Positions 1 to 9,644 of a stretch of 32,000 nt of DNA are shown here, one piece after another. Origin of the DNA: an uncultured Muribaculaceae bacterium (lineage in GTDB: Bacteria > Pseudomonadota > Alphaproteobacteria > Rs-D84); assembly GCA_965231035.1 (NCBI GenBank), contig OZ246409.1, positions 331,101 to 363,100 on the forward strand, in the 5' to 3' direction. The position numbers were made by a program, and so were the translations under genes. How positions within the stretch are numbered: position 1 is the first letter of the stretch; each line of letters starts with the position of its first letter. The notes beneath the pieces are model-generated. The model made no database searches, was not told the DNA's origin, and saw nothing but the letters and a program-made list of their open reading frames with translations.

Positions 1-1753
1 CAATTTCAAAGCACAATACGTTAGAGTCAACTTCATGATATTTACCATCAACTAATGTTGCTTTGAAATCTACTGTTGGATAGCCAATCAGAACACCTGT
101 CTGTTGTGCTATCTTTAATCCCTTTTCAACACCAGGGATAAATTCTCTTGGAATCGATCCACCAACAACCTTGTTTTCAAATTCATACCCAGCACCCGGT
201 TCGCGTGGTTCGAATTCAATTTTAACCTGGGCATATTGACCAGAACCACCTGACTGTTTCTTGTGTGTATAATCTTCTGTAATTGGTTTACGGAATGTTT
301 CGCGATAAGCAATACGCGGTTCACCAACATTAACATCTACTTTGAATTCACGCAACAAACGATCAACTAAAATTTCCAAATGCAATTCACCAACACCAGC
401 CAAAATAGTTTGTCCAGATTCCTGATCAACCGATACGCGGAACGATGGATCTTCTTTGGCCAAAGCCTGCAAGCCTAATGACATTTTTTCAATATCAGCC
501 TTGGTCTTTGGTTCCACAGCCAAGCTTATAACTGGTTCTGGAATATGAATGCTTTCCAAAACAATTGGCTTGCTTTCATCGCACAATGTATCACCAGTGA
601 TTGTTTCTTTCATTCCAACCAATGTGATAATGTCACCAGCAGATGCTTCTTTGATTTCTTCACGGTTGTTTGCATGCATCAACAACATACGACCAACACG
701 TTCACGTTTGTCACGTGTAGAATTGTAAATATAAGAACCAGCTGACAACTTTCCTGAATAAATACGGATAAACATCAAGTTACCAACAAAAGGATCGTTT
801 GCAACTTTGAATGCCAATGCGCTGAATGGTTCGTCTGCATTTGGGTGACGTTCATCTTCTGTTTTACCATCCATCTTGGTTCCTTTAATAGCAGGAATAT
901 CCAACGGTGATGGCAAATAATCAACAACTGCGTCCAATAATGGTTGTGCACCTTTGTTCTTTAACATAGAACCGCACAATACCGGATTAAATGCCTGTGT
1001 AATTGTACCTTTACGAATTAATTTTTTGATTGTTGCCAAGTCTGGTTTTGTACCTTCCATATATGCTTCCATAACAGCATCATCCAAAGTTACAATTTCT
1101 TCAATCAATTTGGAATGCAGTTCTTCTGCCTTGGCTTTTAATTCTTCTGGAATTTCAACAGTTATAGGATTGCTGCCATTTTCGTCTTCCCAGATAATTC
1201 CTTTCATTTCAACTACGTCAACAACACCTTTGAAAGATGATTCTTCACCAATTGGGAAATTCAAAACAACAGGATTAGATCCCAAACGTTCACGAATCAT
1301 ATCAACACAGCGGAAGAAGTTTCCACCAATACGATCCATCTTGTTAATAAAGCAAATACGTGGAACATTGTAACGATCAGCCTGACGCCATACTGTTTCA
1401 GTTTGTGGTTGCACACCAGATACAGATTCAAACACTGCAACTGCACCGTCCAATACGCGCAAAGAACGTTCTACTTCCATTGTAAAGTCAACGTGACCCG
1501 GAGTGTCAATCAAGTTAACGCGATGATCACGCCAGAAACATGTTGTTGCAGCAGATGTAATTGTAATACCGCGTTCTTGTTCTTGAACCATCCAGTCCAT
1601 AGTCGCGGCACCATCGTGCACTTCACCAATTTTATAATTTTTACCGGTATAGAAAAGAATACGTTCAGATACAGTAGTTTTACCAGCATCAATGTGAGCC
1701 ATAATGCCGATATTACGATACATATGTAAAGGTGCGGTTTTTCCAACTGACAT
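1..1753 (-). CDS. fusA: Elongation factor G, C-terminal end runs off the left window edge
   Basis: Absent from the ORF track because its stop lies outside the window. Minus-strand translation from the ATG at 1753 gives [27 protein letters not shown]...DTPGHVDF...NKMDR (GTPase motifs) and is still open at position 1 (...[28 protein letters not shown]). It lies downstream of rpsL-rpsG as in the conserved str operon. Confidence 0.95.
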   Translation of the reverse strand, partial: MSVGKTAPLHMYRNIGIMAHIDAGKTTVSERILFYTGKNYKIGEVHDGAATMDWMVQEQERGITITSAATTCFWRDHRVNLIDTPGHVDFTMEVERSLRVLDGAVAVFESVSGVQPQTETVWRQADRYNVPRICFINKMDRIGGNFFRCVDMIRERLGSNPVVLNFPIGEESSFKGVVDVVEMKGIIWEDENGSNPITVEIPEELKAKAEELHSKLIEEIVTLDDAVMEAYMEGTKPDLATIKKLIRKGTITQAFNPVLCGSMLKNKGAQPLLDAVVDYLPSPLDIPAIKGTKMDGKTEDERHPNADEPFSALAFKVANDPFVGNLMFIRIYSGKLSAGSYIYNSTRDKRERVGRMLLMHANNREEIKEASAGDIITLVGMKETITGDTLCDESKPIVLESIHIPEPVISLAVEPKTKADIEKMSLGLQALAKEDPSFRVSVDQESGQTILAGVGELHLEILVDRLLREFKVDVNVGEPRIAYRETFRKPITEDYTHKKQSGGSGQYAQVKIEFEPREPGAGYEFENKVVGGSIPREFIPGVEKGLKIAQQTGVLIGYPTVDFKATLVDGKYHEVDSNVLCFEI

Positions 1754-1798
1754 TTTCTTTTCCTTAATCTTTCCTGTTTATCTGATCGTTTATTTATT

Positions 1799-2272
1799 TT
1801 ACCAACGGAAATGAGCAAATGCTTTATTCGCATCAGCCATTTTATGTGTATCAATCTTTTTCTTGAATGCGTTACCTTGACCATTCAAAGAATCACGCAG
1901 TTCACCAAACAATCTTTCTTCCATAGAACGTTCAGAACGTTTTCTGGAAAAATCAACCAACCAGCGCAATGCCATTGTTTGTTGACGGGCTGGGCGAACT
2001 TCAACTGGAACCTGATAAGTTGCACCACCAACACGACGACCTTTGACTTCTACTGATGGTTTCAAAGCATCAACAGCTTCCAAGAAAGTTACCAATTCGT
2101 TACCATCTTTTGCAATTTTCTTTAATCTTTCCATTGCACCATAAACAATTTCTTCGGCAACTTCTTTTTTACCATCCCACATTACAACGTTAATCAATTT
2201 TGCAACGACCAAGTTGTTATATTTGGAATCTGGTAATATTTCGCGTTTAATTGCTCTGTTACGTCTTGACAT
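1799..2272 (-). CDS. rpsG: 30S ribosomal protein S7
   Basis: [20 protein letters not shown]...[10 protein letters not shown] is a typical S7 sequence. I prefer the internal ATG at 2272, which follows an AAGGA Shine-Dalgarno, over the track start at 2317. Confidence 0.95.
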   Translation of the reverse strand: MSRRNRAIKREILPDSKYNNLVVAKLINVVMWDGKKEVAEEIVYGAMERLKKIAKDGNELVTFLEAVDALKPSVEVKGRRVGGATYQVPVEVRPARQQTMALRWLVDFSRKRSERSMEERLFGELRDSLNGQGNAFKKKIDTHKMADANKAFAHFRW

Positions 2273-2339
2273 TATTTTTTCCTTTTTCTCTTCACTCGCT
2301 TTCCGCGAATTACTCACAAAGTTTTACTCTGTGTGGTTA

Positions 2340-2711
2340 TTAAGCTTTCTTTACTTTGGCACCGTACAATGAACGGCTTTGTTTTCTATCTACACCCTTG
2401 GTATCCAAGACACCACGGATGATATGATATTTAACACCCGGCAAGTCTTTTACGCGACCGCCCCTGATCATAACAACGCTGTGTTCTTGCAAGTTATGAC
2501 CTTCGCCTGGGATATAGGCTGTTACTTCTGAACCATTAGCCAGTTTAACACGGGCAACTTTACGTTGAGCCGAGTTAGGCTTCTTAGGTGTAGTAGTATA
2601 AACACGTGTGCAAACGCCGCGCTTTTGTGGGCATTGCTTCATATCAGGAGCTGTACTTTTTACAACTGCCTTTCTACGTGGTTTCCGAATCAGTTGGTTT
2701 ACTGTTGGCAT
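2340..2711 (-). CDS. rpsL: 30S ribosomal protein S12
   Basis: [14 protein letters not shown]...[21 protein letters not shown]...[17 protein letters not shown] is canonical S12. Confidence 0.97.
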   Translation of the reverse strand: MPTVNQLIRKPRRKAVVKSTAPDMKQCPQKRGVCTRVYTTTPKKPNSAQRKVARVKLANGSEVTAYIPGEGHNLQEHSVVMIRGGRVKDLPGVKYHIIRGVLDTKGVDRKQSRSLYGAKVKKA

Positions 2712-2859
2712 TCAAAAATCTCTTTGTTTTTCAACGTTTTTTCTGCATAAAATCCGCCTATCAGACTTATTTCAACGTGGTAAACGCGATTATAAATCAG
2801 TCAAATTACGCAGATTTCTGTGCTTTTTAACTTTCCTTGATTACACGGAAAGCGAATAC

Positions 2860-2888
2860 ACTATAACTTTGGTCGACACAGTTGTCAA
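2860..2888 (-). promoter_or_regulatory. Sigma70-type promoter for the rpsL-rpsG-fusA operon
   Basis: Minus strand reads TTGACA (2883-2888), a 17-nt spacer, then TATAGT (2860-2865), about 150 nt upstream of the rpsL start. Confidence 0.45.
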
Positions 2889-2995
2889 GGGAAAACTAAG
2901 AAAAATAAGAGAAAAATTGTAGAGTATTATCAAATACTATGATGACAAAGTAAAATACAGTACAATTAGAATAAAAAACTTGAATTATTTATAGT

Positions 2996-3034
2996 TTTGA
3001 CAAAATAAAAAATCCGGTATTTAACCGGATTTTT
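2996..3034 (-). terminator. Rho-independent terminator after the porin-like gene
   Basis: Hairpin aaaaatccggt/attta/accggattttt at 3007-3034, followed on the minus strand by TTTATTTTG. Confidence 0.6.
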
Positions 3035-3048
3035 AAGTACTTTCAGGT

Positions 3049-3870
3049 TTAGAAATCAATTCCAAACTTTGCACCAACTCCGTATGCGTCTTTATTATAG
3101 TCTGAATCAAGCATCTTTGTTCCATAAATGCCGACAAACTTTGCGGAATCAATATTATAGTTTACACCAAATTCTGTATTCCACTTTTTATCGCCGTATA
3201 CATAGTTAGCAAAAGGCATCATACTATCATCAGCTATGACTTTTGAATAAATAGCACCAGCAGTCAAATTCCAGTTATCAGACAAAGAATATTGACCTTT
3301 TACACCAAACTTCCAAATAGTAAAGTGAAGTGAATCAGCATATTTATCTTCTAAATCATCTTTCCAATAGTTGTATTCTGCTGTACCTGCAACTGCCCAA
3401 TTATCGCCTTTCATGCCAAAATTAGTTCCTGCTGTCCACAGGTATGCAATTGTTTCCAACCCAGAAGATGTTGCTACACCAGCCTGAGAATATAATTGTG
3501 TAACTTTGCCGTAAACATCAGCTTTGAACATACCTTCATCCAAATAACGATATGTCAATCCCAAAGCTAAATTATCCCAACTGTAATTATCATCAGACAT
3601 TTTTGTGCTTGTTGGATAAAAAGCAGAAGCATTTGTATTCAAAAATACTGCTAATTTATCGCTTATTCCGTATCCAAATTCTTCGCCAGCTGTCCACATA
3701 CGATAATCATAAACACTATCTTCCAGTCCGACTGCTGTTCCAACGTTTGTCAAGCTGTAGAAGTGATTTTCACTTGGACGATACAATGGATTTCCATCAA
3801 TTATATTTGCTGCATTTGCGCCTGAAATTGCAAAAATTGCCAAAAACGATACCAATGCTATTTTTTTCAT
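3049..3870 (-). CDS. Outer-membrane beta-barrel protein (porin-like), secreted
   Basis: Signal peptide MKKIALVSFLAIFAISGANA preceded by an AAGGA RBS. The sequence has alternating amphipathic, aromatic-rich strands and the C-terminal GAKFGIDF (terminal Phe) OMP signature. I prefer the start at 3870 over the track start at 3909. Confidence 0.6.
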   Translation of the reverse strand: MKKIALVSFLAIFAISGANAANIIDGNPLYRPSENHFYSLTNVGTAVGLEDSVYDYRMWTAGEEFGYGISDKLAVFLNTNASAFYPTSTKMSDDNYSWDNLALGLTYRYLDEGMFKADVYGKVTQLYSQAGVATSSGLETIAYLWTAGTNFGMKGDNWAVAGTAEYNYWKDDLEDKYADSLHFTIWKFGVKGQYSLSDNWNLTAGAIYSKVIADDSMMPFANYVYGDKKWNTEFGVNYNIDSAKFVGIYGTKMLDSDYNKDAYGVGAKFGIDF

Positions 3871-3964
3871 ATTTTTTCCTTTTTTATTTTTTTGAACACA
3901 CAGGTTCAAGTTATTATATTCTATTAAAAATATCGTAATATTTCAAAGAGAACATAATCCTTCT

Positions 3965-3995
3965 AACAAGCCCAGATAAAATATCTGGGCTTGTT
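3965..3995 (-). terminator. Stem-loop downstream of the OMP gene at 4009
   Basis: 13-bp perfect stem aacaagcccagat / atctgggcttgtt. No clear U-tract follows. Confidence 0.4.
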
Positions 3996-4008
3996 AATCT
4001 AGATAATA

Positions 4009-4602
4009 TTAGAACATATAGCGTGCACCCAACATATATGACCATGCTGGAACGTTCAATGTTACATCACTATCCTCATCAGTTGTCAAGTCATGTATTG
4101 TATATTTTGCACCCAAATCCAATGCAAAATTAGAATCAATTGGGTATACAACACCAGCTGATATGCCGTATGCTAAACCAGAAGCGTCTATATCTTCACT
4201 GCCAGAACCGACTGTTCCAAAAGCATATCCTACGCCCAATCCAACATATGGTTTTACAACCCATGATGCATCACCAAAATCAGCATATCCATTAACCATA
4301 ACTGTGCTATAAGATAATGTCATTGCATCAGCAGAAGAATCTTCTTCTGTATCAGCATAAACATATTCCAATTCAGCACGCAAACCAACAGTAGAAGAAA
4401 CATCAAAAGATGCACCACCGGCAATTGATCCCATATAACCAGACATATCTGGCGTTTCAGCCATTTTTACACCATTTTCTTCAACATCTGCCTTTGCAAC
4501 ACTGTCATATCCCAATTTCAAAGAAGCATAAGGTGTAACTGCTGCACTTGCTGCACCAGCCGCAAATACAGCCAATAAAGAAGTCAAAACTATTTTTTTC
4601 AT
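4009..4602 (-). CDS. Small outer-membrane beta-barrel protein (OmpA-barrel/Omp25-like)
   Basis: Signal peptide MKKIVLTSLLAVFAAGAASA, Gly/aromatic-rich strand pattern, and C-terminal LGARYMF. Confidence 0.6.
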   Translation of the reverse strand: MKKIVLTSLLAVFAAGAASAAVTPYASLKLGYDSVAKADVEENGVKMAETPDMSGYMGSIAGGASFDVSSTVGLRAELEYVYADTEEDSSADAMTLSYSTVMVNGYADFGDASWVVKPYVGLGVGYAFGTVGSGSEDIDASGLAYGISAGVVYPIDSNFALDLGAKYTIHDLTTDEDSDVTLNVPAWSYMLGARYMF

Positions 4603-4795
4603 ATTTTATCCTTTCTTAAGTATTTTTGTTGATTAAACTGTACTAGATTAATCTAGCTGATACAAATTGTGTCACTAGTCAAAATATTATTCAAGATAAA
4701 AGATTTTTGCAAAAAATCTAAAACTGTGCTAAACTTCGCGCACTGTCGAATCGTTTTATAAGACAATGTGTTAAAAAAAGCCCTGATTAGGGCTT

Positions 4796-5995
4796 TTATT
4801 TTTGTTCAGAATTTTTCTGATTCAGAACTTTTTTTATTTCTCGCCAGGTGGCTTGGTTTTTCATATGCTCTTGATAAGATCTGGCAAATTTATGTCCGCC
4901 CTGCCCATCTGCAACAAAGAACAAATAACTGGTATCCGCAGGATTCAAAACCGCTGCGATGGCACTGCGACCAACATTAGCAATTGGCGCCGGTGGCAAA
5001 CCGTAATTAATATATGTGTTATAAGGACTTTTGGTTTTCAAATGACCTGAAAACAATCCCCGTCCCTGCATATCACCCAATCCATGGGTTACAACATAAA
5101 CAACTGTTGGGTCAGCCTGTAATTTCATTTTTTTACGCAAACGGTTCAGATAAACACTGGCGACTGTTGGCATTTCATCATCTTTTGGTGTTTCTTTTTG
5201 AACAATAGATGCCAAAGTTATAACTTCGTTCCAAGATTTCAAAGGTGCAGGCATAGAACGATGTGAATTTTCCCAACCCACACGAATCGATTCCATTTTT
5301 TTACGTGCCAATTCCAAAACATCCAATCTGTTTGTTCCACGTGCAACACGATAAGTATCTGGGAACAAGTCACCCTCTTTTAAATTACAAATATCAGTCA
5401 GTGGTTGTTTTTTAATTTCTTCTGGTTTGTTTTCATCGCCACTTTTTTTAGAATCCAAAACTGGTTTTGTCTTATCGCATTCAACACTGCCCGTTAAAGT
5501 CGGAGTATCCAATAAAAGCTTTTTAACTTGTTTAACTGTTAAACCTTCTTGAATTAAAACATCAACAGAAGCTATGTCGCCGCTGCGCATCATTTTTGCA
5601 ATTCGCCAAATACTGGATCCAGGTTTTAATTCATATTCACCGCTCTGAATTTTACCACCCATCATCAGAACTGAAATTTTAAATAAATTCACGGAATTTA
5701 TATAACCGTCTTTTTTCATTTCAGATGCGATTGATGATATTGTTGCACCATTATCAACCTTGAAATAAACACCTTCTTGGGTTATACCAGATTGAAAAGT
5801 TGTAAAGTAACCACCAACTAAAACCACAGCAGCAAAAACAACAACAGCAACTTTCAGTGCCATATATTTAATATGATGACCAAGGCTTTTAACTTTGACT
5901 TTTTTGCCAATATTAACTTTCCTAGCCTTTAGCTTTTTAATTTTGGAATTTATTTTCTTCTTCATAAGGGAACACTTTAATAAGTCAGATTTCAA
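4796..5995 (-). CDS. mltG: Endolytic murein transglycosylase MltG (YceG family)
   Basis: LASIVQKETPKDDEMPTVASVYLNRLRKKMKLQADPTVVY...YNTY...GLPPAPIANVG...YLFFVADGQGGHKFARSYQEH matches YceG hallmarks, and there is an N-terminal TM anchor. The start is ambiguous (5995, 5965 or 5863). A hairpin agccctgattagggct lies just after the stop. Confidence 0.9.
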   Translation of the reverse strand: MKSDLLKCSLMKKKINSKIKKLKARKVNIGKKVKVKSLGHHIKYMALKVAVVVFAAVVLVGGYFTTFQSGITQEGVYFKVDNGATISSIASEMKKDGYINSVNLFKISVLMMGGKIQSGEYELKPGSSIWRIAKMMRSGDIASVDVLIQEGLTVKQVKKLLLDTPTLTGSVECDKTKPVLDSKKSGDENKPEEIKKQPLTDICNLKEGDLFPDTYRVARGTNRLDVLELARKKMESIRVGWENSHRSMPAPLKSWNEVITLASIVQKETPKDDEMPTVASVYLNRLRKKMKLQADPTVVYVVTHGLGDMQGRGLFSGHLKTKSPYNTYINYGLPPAPIANVGRSAIAAVLNPADTSYLFFVADGQGGHKFARSYQEHMKNQATWREIKKVLNQKNSEQK

Positions 5996-6026
5996 AAATC
6001 AAGAAAGAGTTTTAACTTATTTTAAT

Positions 6027-6233
6027 TTAACATTTTTGTTTTTGTCTTAAAGCATTTTGCAGATAAAACAAACTGTTTTGATAAGGGATGTCTATTTTAT
6101 AAGCTGCAAGACTGACTCTATTTGCATTCAAAACTTTTCTTGTTTGGTCAACAGCCGCTTTTATATCTTCAACTGAAGAAACCAGTGAAATTTTTTTCCA
6201 AACTATTTGTCCAAGCATTAAAGTGTTTTTCAT
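6027..6233 (-). CDS. Hypothetical small protein (68 aa)
   Basis: ORF only. I recognise no motif. Confidence 0.3.
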   Translation of the reverse strand: MKNTLMLGQIVWKKISLVSSVEDIKAAVDQTRKVLNANRVSLAAYKIDIPYQNSLFYLQNALRQKQKC

Positions 6234-6384
6234 TATTAAAACCTTTATTCTTTGCTTACCCAGGTGTCAGACTACTTAATAATAAATATAAAATCAAGAA
6301 TGAAATTTATTTAAATATTGACAATATTATTTCTTGTGTTACGCTTTTCATAAAACATAAAAGATTAAAAAAGGTTACAATACA

Positions 6385-6810
6385 ATGCAAGAAAAAATTG
6401 ATATTTATAAACCTGGTGCTTTATTGAATCCCAAAATAAAAATAGAACCTAATTATTATAATATCAATGGTGAACGTTGCAGTGGTTGTAGCTATACTGA
6501 AAATTGCGAGCTTTTTAAAAGAGATTTTAAAAACTTATGTTTTGAAGAATTTCGTAAGCAAATGGATCCATTGAACCCTTACAAAAAAGAAATTTTTATT
6601 ATTGTTGATAGCATATTATATCACTTAAAAAAATTTGATAATTCAAAATCAAACCCAATGAGCCATTTTGAACAGATTGATTGTTTGACCAGCCTGGGTG
6701 TATCGAACAAAACAATTTCAGAAAGAGCAAATATTTGTTTACAATTTCTTGGTAAACAGGTTTTGGACATTTTGCGTTCACGCGGCTATTTACAAGGTCA
6801 TTCAATATAA
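6385..6810 (+). CDS. Hypothetical protein (141 aa) with a CSGC...C motif
   Basis: ORF only. It ends 8 nt before the distal copy of the tRNA-Pro 3' repeat. Confidence 0.35.
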   Translation: MQEKIDIYKPGALLNPKIKIEPNYYNINGERCSGCSYTENCELFKRDFKNLCFEEFRKQMDPLNPYKKEIFIIVDSILYHLKKFDNSKSNPMSHFEQIDCLTSLGVSNKTISERANICLQFLGKQVLDILRSRGYLQGHSI

Positions 6811-6818
6811 AATTATTA

Positions 6819-6850
6819 TTTTGGTGGTTTGATTTTTGGTCGGAGTGGCG
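6819..6850. repeat. Distal copy of the 32-bp direct repeat (tRNA-Pro 3' end plus 18 nt downstream)
   Basis: ttttggtggtttgatttttggtcggagtggcg is identical to 7009-7040. Confidence 0.9.
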
Positions 6851-7008
6851 AGAGCTGTTCGGATGCCAATAAATTGGCACACTCACCATTCGTACGATTT
6901 TACTTTGTAAAATCTTTGTTTCGCCACGTTTCACTTGCAAAACTTAACTCATACGCGAACCCACGGGTTCTCACAACTCTGTCTTTCCAACCAAAACTAA
7001 AACCACCT

Positions 7009-7040
7009 TTTTGGTGGTTTGATTTTTGGTCGGAGTGGCG
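7009..7040. repeat. Proximal copy of the 32-bp direct repeat, overlapping the last 14 nt of tRNA-Pro
   Basis: Identical to 6819-6850. This copy also forms one arm of the tRNA terminator hairpin aaaccacc/aaaaa/ggtggttt (6999-7019). Confidence 0.9.
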
Positions 7041-7103
7041 GGGTTCGAACCCACGACCTCTGCGTCCCGAACGCAGCACTCTACCAGGCTGAGCTACACT
7101 CCG
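7027..7103 (-). tRNA. tRNA-Pro (anticodon CGG), CCA encoded
   Basis: The minus strand CGGAGTG TA GCTC AGCCTGGTA GAGT G CTGCG TTCGGGA CGCAG AGGTC GTGGG TTCGAAC CCCGC CACTCCG A CCA folds by hand as a 77-nt cloverleaf. G37 is consistent with Pro tRNAs. Confidence 0.93.
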
Positions 7104-7113
7104 ATGTCGCGGA

Positions 7114-7142
7114 ATTATGCAACCTATACATATTCTTTGCAA
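7114..7142 (-). promoter_or_regulatory. Sigma70-type promoter for tRNA-Pro
   Basis: Minus strand reads TTGCAA (7137-7142), a 17-nt spacer, then CATAAT (7114-7119), 10 nt before the mature 5' end. Confidence 0.5.
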
Positions 7143-7149
7143 GTAATTT

Positions 7150-7181
7150 ATAAAAAATAAATGTGGAGTATTCCCACATTT
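7150..7181 (-). terminator. Rho-independent terminator after the 164-aa ORF
   Basis: Stem aaatgtgg / ccacattt (7159-7181) followed on the minus strand by ATTTTTTAT. Confidence 0.5.
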
Positions 7182-7184
7182 TTA

Positions 7185-7679
7185 CTATTTCCCAGAATTA
7201 TTTTGACTTTGTGTTTCCACAATATACCCAAAATTTTTCCTTAGCGAAAAAAAGCCTGACAATGTTCCAAGTTCTTTTTTACGTTTTTTCAATTTATCGA
7301 TATAAAGGTTATAAATACTTCTTAGTTCTTCCAATTGGGCTATATTATAAGAATGTCGACACATCCTTTTATCAGCATACTCTATCCAACCATCATAGTG
7401 AACTTTGGTTTTACATTCACATATTTGTTCATTTTTCTTTAATTCGATTTGCTTAAGCTGGTTTTTACAAAATTCTATTGCACTATTAACATCACTTTTT
7501 TCAGATTCAAAAATTATAAATTTAGCAGTCAACGCACCAAATAAAGCGCAAGACAGAACCTTTGCACCCATACATAAATAGAAACGCGTATTATTTTTTA
7601 GAGCTTTTTCAGATGACTTATTTTGCATTTGAAACCTTATTAAGCCTTGGAAGAATAACACACAAATATGTTTTGTCAA
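7185..7679 (-). CDS. Hypothetical protein, possibly secreted, Cys-containing
   Basis: ORF only. An internal MGAKVLSCALFGALTA looks like a signal peptide. The true start is uncertain. Confidence 0.35.
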   Translation of the reverse strand: MTKHICVLFFQGLIRFQMQNKSSEKALKNNTRFYLCMGAKVLSCALFGALTAKFIIFESEKSDVNSAIEFCKNQLKQIELKKNEQICECKTKVHYDGWIEYADKRMCRHSYNIAQLEELRSIYNLYIDKLKKRKKELGTLSGFFSLRKNFGYIVETQSQNNSGK

Positions 7680-7739
7680 TACATATTCATAATAAAAAAC
7701 GGGATTCCCTGTTTTTTATTTATTTAATATTATTTTTAG

Positions 7740-7843
7740 AAATTAAATTATGTGAGATGATTTGGAAGTGTTTCACAAACCCGACGTGTACAAGTGTTAC
7801 ACGAGGGAATGTGAACACAACAAGTGTCCGCAGAATTTAATTT
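7740..7843. repeat. Palindromic intergenic element, copy A (REP/RPE/MITE-like, ~104 bp)
   Basis: Terminal inverted repeats: aaattaaattatg at the left end, and the right end's reverse complement reads aaattaaattctg. Nested inner arms gtgtttcacaaaccc / gggaatgtgaacac surround the core cgtgtacaagtgttacacg. Its right end overlaps the fabF stop codon. Confidence 0.8.
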
Positions 7844-9092
7844 ATATTTTTTTCAAAATCAAACTGGCGTTGGTACCACCAAAACCAAACGAGTTACTGA
7901 TTGCAACTTCGACTTTATGTTTTTTAGCTTTATTCGGAACCAAATCAAAATCACCAACCATTTCTTCTGGATCTTTCAAATTGATTGTTGGTGGAACAAT
8001 CCCATCGCGAATTGCCAAAACACAGAAAATTGCTTCAACCGCACCGGCCGCACCCAAAAGGTGCCCTGTCATTGATTTTGTAGAAGACATACAAATATTA
8101 CCAGCATCAGCAAACAATGTTTTTACTGCTGTTAATTCACCTATATCACCCAAACCAGTAGATGTTCCATGTGCGTTTACATAATCTACTTCTTCTGGTT
8201 TTATACCAGCATCTTTCAAAGCCGCTTTCATTGCACGCATTCCGCCTTCACCACCCTCGGCTGGAGCTGTAATATGATGTGCGTCACCAGACATTCCATA
8301 TCCTGCAACTTCGGCATAGATTTTTGCACCACGTGCCTTGGCATGTTCATATTCTTCCAAAACCAGAACACCTGCACCTTCGGCAATTATAAATCCATCG
8401 CGTGTTTTATCCCATGGACGAGATGCACCTTCGGGATCATCATTACGAGTTGATAAAGCTTTCATAGCTGAAAATCCGGCCATACCTATTTTACCAACTG
8501 CACCTTCGGATCCACCACAAATCATAATGTCAGCATCACCGTGCTGAATCAATCTGGCACCTTCGCCAATTGAATGAGCACCCGAAGCACAAGCAGTCAC
8601 AATAGAAATATTTGGACCCTTAAAACCATATTTTATAGAAACCTGCCCGGATGTCATGTTAATAATAGACTTTGGAATAAAAAACGGACTGATGCTGCGC
8701 GGACCATTTGTATAAAGTTCTACACAACTTTCATAAATTGAATTCAAACCGCCAATTCCCCCACCTATTGAAACCCCGACACGTTCTTTGTCACCAGTAT
8801 AGTTATCCAATCCAGCATCTTTAACTGCTTCAACGGCGGCAACAACTCCATAAAGTATTGCTTTATCCATCTTACGTTGTTCACGGGGATCAACAGAAAT
8901 ATCTGGGTTATATTGACCCGGTTCAGTACCATGAACTGGGAACCCTCCAATTTGTGAAGCCAGGTCGGACACATCAAAAAGGTCTACCTTGCGAACACCG
9001 GATTTTCCAGAAATAATATTTTTCCACGCGTATTCCACACCAGTTCCAACCGGAGTAACAACGCCCATACCTGTAATAACAACTCGTCTCAT
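7842..9092 (-). CDS. fabF: 3-oxoacyl-ACP synthase II
   Basis: MRRVVITGMGVVTPVG...TACASGAHSIG...NAHGTSTGLGD...NSFGFGGTNASLILKKI is full-length KAS II with the active-site Cys and both His contexts. Confidence 0.95.
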   Translation of the reverse strand: MRRVVITGMGVVTPVGTGVEYAWKNIISGKSGVRKVDLFDVSDLASQIGGFPVHGTEPGQYNPDISVDPREQRKMDKAILYGVVAAVEAVKDAGLDNYTGDKERVGVSIGGGIGGLNSIYESCVELYTNGPRSISPFFIPKSIINMTSGQVSIKYGFKGPNISIVTACASGAHSIGEGARLIQHGDADIMICGGSEGAVGKIGMAGFSAMKALSTRNDDPEGASRPWDKTRDGFIIAEGAGVLVLEEYEHAKARGAKIYAEVAGYGMSGDAHHITAPAEGGEGGMRAMKAALKDAGIKPEEVDYVNAHGTSTGLGDIGELTAVKTLFADAGNICMSSTKSMTGHLLGAAGAVEAIFCVLAIRDGIVPPTINLKDPEEMVGDFDLVPNKAKKHKVEVAISNSFGFGGTNASLILKKI

Positions 9093-9254
9093 TTTTATTT
9101 CCTATATTTTAAAGGGTTCATGACCCAAAATCTTGTTTTATCGTTAAGATAAACACTTGTCATTATAAACATTAGAAAAAAACCGTCAACAACAAAACAT
9201 TGCTGACGGTTTTTTCATATTTTACCATTAAATCTTTACAAATATTATGAAAGA

Positions 9255-9512
9255 TTATTTTGCTGCTGGTTTTGCGGCTGGCTTTGCATGAGTTTCAATA
9301 TACTTCACAGCATCACCAACTGTTTGCAATTTACCTGCATCTTCGTCTGGGATTGTGATATTGAATTCTTTTTCAACTTCCATAACGAATTCTACTACAT
9401 CCAATGAATCCGCACCCAAATCGTTTACAAACGCGGCCTTTTCTGTAACCTTGGCTTCGTCAACGCCCAGTTTGTCTGCTACGATTTTTTTTACTCTTTC
9501 GAAAGTTGTCAT
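9255..9512 (-). CDS. acpP: Acyl carrier protein
   Basis: The [19 protein letters not shown] motif (DSL phosphopantetheine site). It carries a short [10 protein letters not shown]-terminal tail. Confidence 0.93.
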   Translation of the reverse strand: MTTFERVKKIVADKLGVDEAKVTEKAAFVNDLGADSLDVVEFVMEVEKEFNITIPDEDAGKLQTVGDAVKYIETHAKPAAKPAAK

Positions 9513-9568
9513 TTCTTATCCTTTGTTTTAGTTAAATTTGTGAGCTCACTTCAGAGCGTCGATAACCC

Positions 9569-9597
9569 AAACTATCATTTTCAAGACCCAGTGTCAA
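9569..9597 (-). promoter_or_regulatory. Candidate promoter for acpP
   Basis: Minus strand reads TTGACA (9592-9597), a 17-nt spacer, then TAGTTT (9569-9574). Confidence 0.35.
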
Positions 9598-9644
9598 GAA
9601 ATTATAACAAACAATAACAAGTGATAAAAAATGCTGTCCGAAAA

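Noticed and set aside
545-1884. Multiple ORFs antisense or out of frame within fusA (545-745, 954-1373, 1403-1729, 1510-1884, 115-336)
   Set aside because: The region is fully explained by a continuous, highly conserved EF-G reading frame on the minus strand.
4643-4656. Perfect 14-bp palindrome CTAGATTAATCTAG 41 nt upstream of the 197-aa OMP gene, as a possible operator
   Set aside because: In 32 kb of AT-rich DNA a few perfect 14-bp palindromes are expected by chance. There is no second copy or partner regulator nearby. Noted only.
6827-7000. A tmRNA (including the two-piece alphaproteobacterial type) or an intron-containing tRNA, suggested by the second ...CGCCACTCCGACCA 3' end
   Set aside because: No matching 5' acceptor strand (CGGAGTG) is present and no T-arm lies adjacent to the acceptor 3' strand. 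The only short reading frame (ASETWRNKDFTK) does not end in the hydrophobic Ala-rich tag typical of tmRNA.
6829-7142. ORFs 6829-7092 (+) and 6900-7142 (-) from the track
   Set aside because: They run through the tRNA-Pro gene, its terminator and the direct repeats. They have no RBS or recognisable protein features.
7762-8547. Plus-strand ORFs inside fabF (7762-8184, 7824-8075, 8169-8453, 8338-8547). Similar antisense ORFs lie inside lepA (11409-11882), dnaN (30323-30862), cdaA (31004-31378), tolB, the methyltransferase gene and ppa.
   Set aside because: They are antisense to clearly conserved genes. Their translations are low-complexity or Cys/Phe-rich nonsense, as expected from shadow frames.
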